From Naegleria gruberi (lineage: Eukaryota): a stretch of DNA of 7,557 bases. Both the position numbers and the translations under genes were made by a program. Positions 1 to 7,557 of this stretch are shown piece after piece. The first letter of the stretch is position 1. Every line of letters starts with the position of its first letter. Below the pieces are notes generated by a model. That model was not told where the DNA came from. It was given only the letters and a program-made list of their open reading frames with translations, and ran no database searches. The stretch lies in NCBI GenBank assembly GCA_000004985.1, contig GG739131.1; one strand, written 5' to 3'.

Positions 1-900
1 TTGAACATCATTGGCAGTTTTAACAGCACTTGAAGCAATAGTTTCAGTGACTGAAATTTTACCTTTCAATTCCAAAACAGCATCTCTAATCATATTAAAT
101 GTTTTTCTCTCATCTAATAAACATTCACTTGTTGTACAAATACGTGACATTGTTTGAACAGCTTCAACAGGATAATCACCCTTAGCAGTTTCACCTGATA
201 ACATGACACTATCAGTACCATCAAATACAGCATTAGCAACATCTGTCACTTCAGCACGTGTTGGTCTCGGATTTTTAATCATTGATTCTAACATTTGTGT
301 TGCAGTAATAACAGGTTTACCATGAATATTACATTTAGCAATAATCATTTTTTGTGCCAATGTTACTTGTTCTAATGGAATTTCAACACCCATATCTCCT
401 CTGGCAACCATAATACCATCACTCACTTGAAGAATTGAATCAAAATTATCTAATCCTTCTTGATTTTCAATTTTGGAAATAATTTTAATTTCCTGACCAC
501 GTGATCCTAAACATTTTCTAATATCTAAAACATCTTGTGCTTTTCTAATAAAAGAAGCAGCAATAAAATCAACATTGTGTTGAACTGCAAATTTCAAATC
601 ACCAATATCCTTCTCAGTTAATGCTGGTAAATCAACAATAACACCTGGTAAATTACATCCCTTCTTTTCACCAATTAATCCACCATTCAATGCAACACAT
701 CTAATAATTGTCTTTTCAATTTCAATGACACGACATGCAATTAAACCATCATCAACTAGAATTTCATCTCCTCTCTTTAATACTTTATACATATTCTTAT
801 AATCAATTGTAATTGAAACTGGTGAATGTTCAAAAGAAATATCAATCAATTTCTTTGTTGAGGTTGTTGAATGTTGTGTTGGTGGAATGGTTTGTTCCAT
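1..900 (-). CDS. pyk: Pyruvate kinase, partial. Covers the B domain, the second half of the A domain and the start of the C domain. The 3' end runs off the window start; the N-terminal ~115 aa are absent upstream.
   Basis: Hand translation of the reverse complement gives a 300-codon stop-free ORF: [63 protein letters not shown]...[18 protein letters not shown]...[13 protein letters not shown]...ISKIENQEG (454-477c)...[15 protein letters not shown] (376-420c)...[26 protein letters not shown]...[15 protein letters not shown]...TETIASSAV. These are the canonical PK active-site and signature motifs in the canonical order, colinear with yeast and human PK from just before the B domain onward. GC is ~30% with an A/T-ending codon bias. 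Confidence 0.9.
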   Translation of the reverse strand, partial: MEQTIPPTQHSTTSTKKLIDISFEHSPVSITIDYKNMYKVLKRGDEILVDDGLIACRVIEIEKTIIRCVALNGGLIGEKKGCNLPGVIVDLPALTEKDIGDLKFAVQHNVDFIAASFIRKAQDVLDIRKCLGSRGQEIKIISKIENQEGLDNFDSILQVSDGIMVARGDMGVEIPLEQVTLAQKMIIAKCNIHGKPVITATQMLESMIKNPRPTRAEVTDVANAVFDGTDSVMLSGETAKGDYPVEAVQTMSRICTTSECLLDERKTFNMIRDAVLELKGKISVTETIASSAVKTANDVQ

Positions 901-966
901 TAATTGATTCATTACGTTGTTGTTACAAGTGGTCACATTGAAGGTGTTGCTGGTCAAACTAATATT

Positions 967-1163
967 TTAAAGGTTTTCACTGCTTAATTGTATATTTATA
1001 TTTAAATAATAATATGATATCATATGTATCATTCTATAGTAGATTTATATAATAAATAATATTTGTAACAATTTTAATGTTCTACAAATATTATTGATTC
1101 ATTTCATATAGGAGTTAATTTTATTAAGAGTTGAAAATCTCAATATGATACAATTTAATTTAT
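967..1163. other. Very AT-rich (~16% GC) non-coding spacer between two minus-strand ORFs. Probably an intergenic 3'UTR plus promoter, less likely an intron.
   Basis: Composition drops from ~27-30% GC in the flanking ORFs to ~16% here. Stops occur in all frames. A 14-bp perfect palindrome ATATGATATCATAT lies at 1013-1026. Confidence 0.5.
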
Positions 1164-1311
1164 TTAATAATTTGGATCTAAAGGATGAGTTTGTCTTTTT
1201 GAAGGAATATGAAACGTTGTATAATTTCCCTTCTTATCATCATGTAAAATATCTTGAACATAATTAATTTGTCTAAAATCTCTTCGTTGTATAGGAAAAG
1301 TGCTTGATAAG
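1164..1311 (-). CDS. 3' end of an unidentified protein-coding gene. The C-terminal 48 codons are visible and the body lies in the N gap. Stop codon TAA at 1164-1166 (complement).
   Basis: Minus-strand frame is open for 48 codons from the gap edge: ...LSSTFPIQRRDFRQINYVQDILHDDKKGNYTTFHIPSKRQTHPLDPNY*. GC is ~27%, coding-like against the 16% spacer. Third positions are almost all A/T with aga, caa and tta preferred. I recognise no family. A 40-codon antisense ORF overlaps it on the plus strand (1146-1266), so the strand call is not certain. Confidence 0.4.
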
Positions 1312-4300
1312 NNNNNNNNNNNNNNNNNNNNNNNNNNNNNNNNNNNNNNNNNNNNNNNNNNNNNNNNNNNNNNNNNNNNNNNNNNNNNNNNNNNNNNNNN
1401 NNNNNNNNNNNNNNNNNNNNNNNNNNNNNNNNNNNNNNNNNNNNNNNNNNNNNNNNNNNNNNNNNNNNNNNNNNNNNNNNNNNNNNNNNNNNNNNNNNNN
1501 NNNNNNNNNNNNNNNNNNNNNNNNNNNNNNNNNNNNNNNNNNNNNNNNNNNNNNNNNNNNNNNNNNNNNNNNNNNNNNNNNNNNNNNNNNNNNNNNNNNN
1601 NNNNNNNNNNNNNNNNNNNNNNNNNNNNNNNNNNNNNNNNNNNNNNNNNNNNNNNNNNNNNNNNNNNNNNNNNNNNNNNNNNNNNNNNNNNNNNNNNNNN
1701 NNNNNNNNNNNNNNNNNNNNNNNNNNNNNNNNNNNNNNNNNNNNNNNNNNNNNNNNNNNNNNNNNNNNNNNNNNNNNNNNNNNNNNNNNNNNNNNNNNNN
1801 NNNNNNNNNNNNNNNNNNNNNNNNNNNNNNNNNNNNNNNNNNNNNNNNNNNNNNNNNNNNNNNNNNNNNNNNNNNNNNNNNNNNNNNNNNNNNNNNNNNN
1901 NNNNNNNNNNNNNNNNNNNNNNNNNNNNNNNNNNNNNNNNNNNNNNNNNNNNNNNNNNNNNNNNNNNNNNNNNNNNNNNNNNNNNNNNNNNNNNNNNNNN
2001 NNNNNNNNNNNNNNNNNNNNNNNNNNNNNNNNNNNNNNNNNNNNNNNNNNNNNNNNNNNNNNNNNNNNNNNNNNNNNNNNNNNNNNNNNNNNNNNNNNNN
2101 NNNNNNNNNNNNNNNNNNNNNNNNNNNNNNNNNNNNNNNNNNNNNNNNNNNNNNNNNNNNNNNNNNNNNNNNNNNNNNNNNNNNNNNNNNNNNNNNNNNN
2201 NNNNNNNNNNNNNNNNNNNNNNNNNNNNNNNNNNNNNNNNNNNNNNNNNNNNNNNNNNNNNNNNNNNNNNNNNNNNNNNNNNNNNNNNNNNNNNNNNNNN
2301 NNNNNNNNNNNNNNNNNNNNNNNNNNNNNNNNNNNNNNNNNNNNNNNNNNNNNNNNNNNNNNNNNNNNNNNNNNNNNNNNNNNNNNNNNNNNNNNNNNNN
2401 NNNNNNNNNNNNNNNNNNNNNNNNNNNNNNNNNNNNNNNNNNNNNNNNNNNNNNNNNNNNNNNNNNNNNNNNNNNNNNNNNNNNNNNNNNNNNNNNNNNN
2501 NNNNNNNNNNNNNNNNNNNNNNNNNNNNNNNNNNNNNNNNNNNNNNNNNNNNNNNNNNNNNNNNNNNNNNNNNNNNNNNNNNNNNNNNNNNNNNNNNNNN
2601 NNNNNNNNNNNNNNNNNNNNNNNNNNNNNNNNNNNNNNNNNNNNNNNNNNNNNNNNNNNNNNNNNNNNNNNNNNNNNNNNNNNNNNNNNNNNNNNNNNNN
2701 NNNNNNNNNNNNNNNNNNNNNNNNNNNNNNNNNNNNNNNNNNNNNNNNNNNNNNNNNNNNNNNNNNNNNNNNNNNNNNNNNNNNNNNNNNNNNNNNNNNN
2801 NNNNNNNNNNNNNNNNNNNNNNNNNNNNNNNNNNNNNNNNNNNNNNNNNNNNNNNNNNNNNNNNNNNNNNNNNNNNNNNNNNNNNNNNNNNNNNNNNNNN
2901 NNNNNNNNNNNNNNNNNNNNNNNNNNNNNNNNNNNNNNNNNNNNNNNNNNNNNNNNNNNNNNNNNNNNNNNNNNNNNNNNNNNNNNNNNNNNNNNNNNNN
3001 NNNNNNNNNNNNNNNNNNNNNNNNNNNNNNNNNNNNNNNNNNNNNNNNNNNNNNNNNNNNNNNNNNNNNNNNNNNNNNNNNNNNNNNNNNNNNNNNNNNN
3101 NNNNNNNNNNNNNNNNNNNNNNNNNNNNNNNNNNNNNNNNNNNNNNNNNNNNNNNNNNNNNNNNNNNNNNNNNNNNNNNNNNNNNNNNNNNNNNNNNNNN
3201 NNNNNNNNNNNNNNNNNNNNNNNNNNNNNNNNNNNNNNNNNNNNNNNNNNNNNNNNNNNNNNNNNNNNNNNNNNNNNNNNNNNNNNNNNNNNNNNNNNNN
3301 NNNNNNNNNNNNNNNNNNNNNNNNNNNNNNNNNNNNNNNNNNNNNNNNNNNNNNNNNNNNNNNNNNNNNNNNNNNNNNNNNNNNNNNNNNNNNNNNNNNN
3401 NNNNNNNNNNNNNNNNNNNNNNNNNNNNNNNNNNNNNNNNNNNNNNNNNNNNNNNNNNNNNNNNNNNNNNNNNNNNNNNNNNNNNNNNNNNNNNNNNNNN
3501 NNNNNNNNNNNNNNNNNNNNNNNNNNNNNNNNNNNNNNNNNNNNNNNNNNNNNNNNNNNNNNNNNNNNNNNNNNNNNNNNNNNNNNNNNNNNNNNNNNNN
3601 NNNNNNNNNNNNNNNNNNNNNNNNNNNNNNNNNNNNNNNNNNNNNNNNNNNNNNNNNNNNNNNNNNNNNNNNNNNNNNNNNNNNNNNNNNNNNNNNNNNN
3701 NNNNNNNNNNNNNNNNNNNNNNNNNNNNNNNNNNNNNNNNNNNNNNNNNNNNNNNNNNNNNNNNNNNNNNNNNNNNNNNNNNNNNNNNNNNNNNNNNNNN
3801 NNNNNNNNNNNNNNNNNNNNNNNNNNNNNNNNNNNNNNNNNNNNNNNNNNNNNNNNNNNNNNNNNNNNNNNNNNNNNNNNNNNNNNNNNNNNNNNNNNNN
3901 NNNNNNNNNNNNNNNNNNNNNNNNNNNNNNNNNNNNNNNNNNNNNNNNNNNNNNNNNNNNNNNNNNNNNNNNNNNNNNNNNNNNNNNNNNNNNNNNNNNN
4001 NNNNNNNNNNNNNNNNNNNNNNNNNNNNNNNNNNNNNNNNNNNNNNNNNNNNNNNNNNNNNNNNNNNNNNNNNNNNNNNNNNNNNNNNNNNNNNNNNNNN
4101 NNNNNNNNNNNNNNNNNNNNNNNNNNNNNNNNNNNNNNNNNNNNNNNNNNNNNNNNNNNNNNNNNNNNNNNNNNNNNNNNNNNNNNNNNNNNNNNNNNNN
4201 NNNNNNNNNNNNNNNNNNNNNNNNNNNNNNNNNNNNNNNNNNNNNNNNNNNNNNNNNNNNNNNNNNNNNNNNNNNNNNNNNNNNNNNNNNNNNNNNNNNN

Positions 4301-6689
4301 NNNNNNNNNNNNNNNNNNNNNNNNNNNNNNNNNNNNNNNNNNNNNNNNNNNNNNNNNNNNNNNNNNNNNNNNNNNNNNNNNNNNNNNNNNNNNNNNNNNN
4401 NNNNNNNNNNNNNNNNNNNNNNNNNNNNNNNNNNNNNNNNNNNNNNNNNNNNNNNNNNNNNNNNNNNNNNNNNNNNNNNNNNNNNNNNNNNNNNNNNNNN
4501 NNNNNNNNNNNNNNNNNNNNNNNNNNNNNNNNNNNNNNNNNNNNNNNNNNNNNNNNNNNNNNNNNNNNNNNNNNNNNNNNNNNNNNNNNNNNNNNNNNNN
4601 NNNNNNNNNNNNNNNNNNNNNNNNNNNNNNNNNNNNNNNNNNNNNNNNNNNNNNNNNNNNNNNNNNNNNNNNNNNNNNNNNNNNNNNNNNNNNNNNNNNN
4701 NNNNNNNNNNNNNNNNNNNNNNNNNNNNNNNNNNNNNNNNNNNNNNNNNNNNNNNNNNNNNNNNNNNNNNNNNNNNNNNNNNNNNNNNNNNNNNNNNNNN
4801 NNNNNNNNNNNNNNNNNNNNNNNNNNNNNNNNNNNNNNNNNNNNNNNNNNNNNNNNNNNNNNNNNNNNNNNNNNNNNNNNNNNNNNNNNNNNNNNNNNNN
4901 NNNNNNNNNNNNNNNNNNNNNNNNNNNNNNNNNNNNNNNNNNNNNNNNNNNNNNNNNNNNNNNNNNNNNNNNNNNNNNNNNNNNNNNNNNNNNNNNNNNN
5001 NNNNNNNNNNNNNNNNNNNNNNNNNNNNNNNNNNNNNNNNNNNNNNNNNNNNNNNNNNNNNNNNNNNNNNNNNNNNNNNNNNNNNNNNNNNNNNNNNNNN
5101 NNNNNNNNNNNNNNNNNNNNNNNNNNNNNNNNNNNNNNNNNNNNNNNNNNNNNNNNNNNNNNNNNNNNNNNNNNNNNNNNNNNNNNNNNNNNNNNNNNNN
5201 NNNNNNNNNNNNNNNNNNNNNNNNNNNNNNNNNNNNNNNNNNNNNNNNNNNNNNNNNNNNNNNNNNNNNNNNNNNNNNNNNNNNNNNNNNNNNNNNNNNN
5301 NNNNNNNNNNNNNNNNNNNNNNNNNNNNNNNNNNNNNNNNNNNNNNNNNNNNNNNNNNNNNNNNNNNNNNNNNNNNNNNNNNNNNNNNNNNNNNNNNNNN
5401 NNNNNNNNNNNNNNNNNNNNNNNNNNNNNNNNNNNNNNNNNNNNNNNNNNNNNNNNNNNNNNNNNNNNNNNNNNNNNNNNNNNNNNNNNNNNNNNNNNNN
5501 NNNNNNNNNNNNNNNNNNNNNNNNNNNNNNNNNNNNNNNNNNNNNNNNNNNNNNNNNNNNNNNNNNNNNNNNNNNNNNNNNNNNNNNNNNNNNNNNNNNN
5601 NNNNNNNNNNNNNNNNNNNNNNNNNNNNNNNNNNNNNNNNNNNNNNNNNNNNNNNNNNNNNNNNNNNNNNNNNNNNNNNNNNNNNNNNNNNNNNNNNNNN
5701 NNNNNNNNNNNNNNNNNNNNNNNNNNNNNNNNNNNNNNNNNNNNNNNNNNNNNNNNNNNNNNNNNNNNNNNNNNNNNNNNNNNNNNNNNNNNNNNNNNNN
5801 NNNNNNNNNNNNNNNNNNNNNNNNNNNNNNNNNNNNNNNNNNNNNNNNNNNNNNNNNNNNNNNNNNNNNNNNNNNNNNNNNNNNNNNNNNNNNNNNNNNN
5901 NNNNNNNNNNNNNNNNNNNNNNNNNNNNNNNNNNNNNNNNNNNNNNNNNNNNNNNNNNNNNNNNNNNNNNNNNNNNNNNNNNNNNNNNNNNNNNNNNNNN
6001 NNNNNNNNNNNNNNNNNNNNNNNNNNNNNNNNNNNNNNNNNNNNNNNNNNNNNNNNNNNNNNNNNNNNNNNNNNNNNNNNNNNNNNNNNNNNNNNNNNNN
6101 NNNNNNNNNNNNNNNNNNNNNNNNNNNNNNNNNNNNNNNNNNNNNNNNNNNNNNNNNNNNNNNNNNNNNNNNNNNNNNNNNNNNNNNNNNNNNNNNNNNN
6201 NNNNNNNNNNNNNNNNNNNNNNNNNNNNNNNNNNNNNNNNNNNNNNNNNNNNNNNNNNNNNNNNNNNNNNNNNNNNNNNNNNNNNNNNNNNNNNNNNNNN
6301 NNNNNNNNNNNNNNNNNNNNNNNNNNNNNNNNNNNNNNNNNNNNNNNNNNNNNNNNNNNNNNNNNNNNNNNNNNNNNNNNNNNNNNNNNNNNNNNNNNNN
6401 NNNNNNNNNNNNNNNNNNNNNNNNNNNNNNNNNNNNNNNNNNNNNNNNNNNNNNNNNNNNNNNNNNNNNNNNNNNNNNNNNNNNNNNNNNNNNNNNNNNN
6501 NNNNNNNNNNNNNNNNNNNNNNNNNNNNNNNNNNNNNNNNNNNNNNNNNNNNNNNNNNNNNNNNNNNNNNNNNNNNNNNNNNNNNNNNNNNNNNNNNNNN
6601 NNNNNNNNNNNNNNNNNNNNNNNNNNNNNNNNNNNNNNNNNNNNNNNNNNNNNNNNNNNNNNNNNNNNNNNNNNNNNNNNNNNNNNNNN
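1312..6689. other. 5,378-nt run of N (assembly gap or masked segment). No sequence information.
   Basis: Unbroken n characters. The ORF-track entries 1300..6693 and 1304..6697 are translations of this run (poly-X) from GTG/TTG pseudo-starts to the first stop after the gap, and are artefacts. Confidence 1.
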
Positions 6690-6773
6690 TTAGATGAGCA
6701 GTTAATAGATTTTTTAATTATACTTTCGAATGAAAATTATTCTAAAAAATTATCATTTTTTAATAATAGAGAA

Positions 6774-7557
6774 ATGAATGATGAATTAAAAGATGTACAT
6801 GAATTTTTTAAAATAGATAGAGAAATTGTGTTAGAAGCTGTTAAACAAAATGGTTATGCATTGAAATATGCTGATGATTCACTTAAAAAAGATAGAGAAA
6901 TTGTGTTAGAAGCTGTTAAACAAAATAGTTATGCATTGAAATATGCTGATGATTCACTTAAAAAAGATAGAGAATTTATATTAGAAGCTGTTAAACAAAA
7001 TAGTTATGCATTTGAATTTGCTGATGATTCACTTAAAATAGATACAGAAATTGTATTACAAGCTGTCAAAAAAATTGAAAACATAGAGAAAATATGGAAT
7101 AATGTTTATTCAAGTATTTTGGAGAAATATGGGTTTGAAATTATTTCATTTATTGGTTATTGTTATTATTTTACATTTAAAGTATATGATAGAAGTAGAA
7201 AAAAAATTGTTGTAGTGGGAATTATTGAAAACATATTAAAAGAAACACTTAAGTTTTTAAAAAGAGTTAACTTTCAGTCTAACATTAAAAAAGTAGAGTG
7301 TGTTAGAACTGATGAGATTAGTTTTGATGTTATGGAATTCGTATCACTTGAAGATTACATTTATAATACTAATTCTAAAACTATTATTGAAAAACTTGGT
7401 ATTTTTATTAAAATACTTGATTTAGTACAATCATTTCATAATAAGAATATTGTAATAACAAATTTAAATCCTAATAATATTTTATTAATGGAAAATGATG
7501 AATTAAAATTTATAGATTTTTCATTAAATTTTGAATATTTAGCACCTGAGGTATTGA
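6774..7557 (+). CDS. Partial CDS: DUF4116-like 25-aa tandem repeats followed by a degenerate protein-kinase-like (predicted pseudokinase) domain. The 3' end runs off the window. The frame is also open upstream to the gap edge at 6690.
   Basis: Frame 3 (codon starts divisible by 3) has no stop from 6690 to 7557 (289 codons). First ATG at 6774 (MNDELKDVHEFFKI...). The 63-84 nt upstream of it are ~13-17% GC, UTR-like, against ~28% downstream, so I favour 6774 as the start without excluding an upstream extension. The translation contains (DREIVLEAVKQNGYALKYADDSLKK)x3+ and then the kinase-like subdomains listed in the next feature. Confidence 0.8.
   Translation, partial: MNDELKDVHEFFKIDREIVLEAVKQNGYALKYADDSLKKDREIVLEAVKQNSYALKYADDSLKKDREFILEAVKQNSYAFEFADDSLKIDTEIVLQAVKKIENIEKIWNNVYSSILEKYGFEIISFIGYCYYFTFKVYDRSRKKIVVVGIIENILKETLKFLKRVNFQSNIKKVECVRTDEISFDVMEFVSLEDYIYNTNSKTIIEKLGIFIKILDLVQSFHNKNIVITNLNPNNILLMENDELKFIDFSLNFEYLAPEVL
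6816..7082 (+). repeat. In-frame 75-bp tandem repeat. Three full units (6816-6890, 6891-6965, 6966-7040) and a degenerate fourth (7041-~7082). It encodes a 25-aa repeat DREIVLEAVKQN[GS]YALKYADDSLKK.
   Basis: Units 1 and 2 differ at 1 of 75 nt (ggt to agt, G to S). Unit 3 differs from unit 2 at 7 of 75 nt, all amino-acid-changing (I to F, V to I, L to F, K to E, Y to F, K to I). Unit 4 keeps D-T-E-I-V-L-Q-A-V-K-K and then diverges into the kinase-like domain. Confidence 0.9.
7128..7557 (+). other. Protein-kinase-like domain within the CDS above, truncated by the window end. Catalytic motifs are degenerate.
   Basis: A glycine-loop-like IGYCYYFTFKVYD (7152-7190) precedes KKIVVVGII, where Gly (7218-7220) occupies the invariant VAIK-lysine position. 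The alphaC/beta4-5 region reads LKFLKRVNFQSNIKKVECV...DVMEFVSLEDY. The catalytic loop is FHNKNIVITNLNPNNILL (7437-7487), against canonical HRDLKPENILL: ITN replaces HRD, and LNPNN replaces LKPEN. DFS (7515-7523) replaces DFG. Only four residues (LNFE) separate it from YLAPEVL (7536-7556). Confidence 0.65.

Noticed and set aside
910-912. Alternative PK start codon (MNQLMEQT...) 4 codons upstream of MEQT
   Set aside because: It cannot be separated from the 898-900 ATG by sequence alone. Neither restores the missing N-terminal domain, so the choice does not change the interpretation.
1120-1125. AATAAA on the minus strand about 40 nt downstream of the 1164-1166 stop, as a possible poly(A) signal for the upstream ORF
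   Set aside because: AATAAA-like hexamers occur every few tens of bp in 84% AT DNA; a second one even overlaps the stop codon. It is not discriminating without 3'-end mapping.
1300-6693. ORF-track entry of 1797 aa (MLDK followed by poly-X)
   Set aside because: It is a GTG pseudo-start 12 nt before the N run, read through 5,378 Ns to the first TAG after the gap, so it is not evidence of a gene.
1304-6697. ORF-track entry of 1797 aa (MI followed by poly-X ... R)
   Set aside because: Same artefact in the next frame: a TTG pseudo-start read through the Ns to the TGA at 6695-6697.
6741-6815. A degenerate unit 0 of the 25-aa repeat just upstream of unit 1 (SKKLSFFNNREMNDELKDVHEFFKI)
   Set aside because: Only the L-K pair and a trailing hydrophobic-K-I vaguely align to the DREIVLEAVKQNGYALKYADDSLKK consensus. 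The similarity is too weak to call a repeat unit.
1-7557. Prokaryotic-style features (operons, RBS, CRISPR array, defence or toxin-antitoxin genes, IS elements), as the prompt invites
   Set aside because: The readable sequence is eukaryotic in character: a eukaryote-type PK, a eukaryotic protein-kinase fold, an 84% AT spacer and no Shine-Dalgarno-like signals. There are no direct-repeat/spacer arrays, no tRNA-like GC-rich segments and no transposase or integrase ORFs. Calling any such system, especially inside the N run, would be unsupported.

Overview
AT-rich eukaryotic genomic window; codon usage (tta/aaa/aat/caa/aga/ggt) and an ~84% AT spacer point to a dictyostelid-like amoebozoan. 71% of the window (1312-6689, 5,378 nt) is an N run, so only 1-1311 and 6690-7557 can be read. 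Both ORF-track entries are translations of the Ns and are not genes. Left flank: a minus-strand pyruvate kinase CDS (1-900, 300 codons, colinear with the PK B domain, second half of the A domain and start of the C domain). Its N-terminal ~115 aa (first half of the TIM barrel) is not in the visible sequence. A ~16% GC spacer follows (967-1163). Beyond it is the 3' end of another probable minus-strand CDS (1164-1311, stop at 1164-1166) that runs into the gap. Right flank: a plus-strand CDS (ATG at 6774, or open back to 6690, through 7557 and beyond). It encodes three-plus tandem 25-aa repeats, resembling the DUF4116-type repeat as recalled from memory, from near-identical 75-bp DNA units. A protein-kinase-like domain follows with degenerate catalytic motifs and an extremely short activation segment, so a predicted pseudokinase. 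I see no prokaryotic signals, CRISPR, tRNA/rRNA or mobile-element hallmarks in the readable ~2.2 kb. Nothing in the masked 5.4 kb can be assessed.
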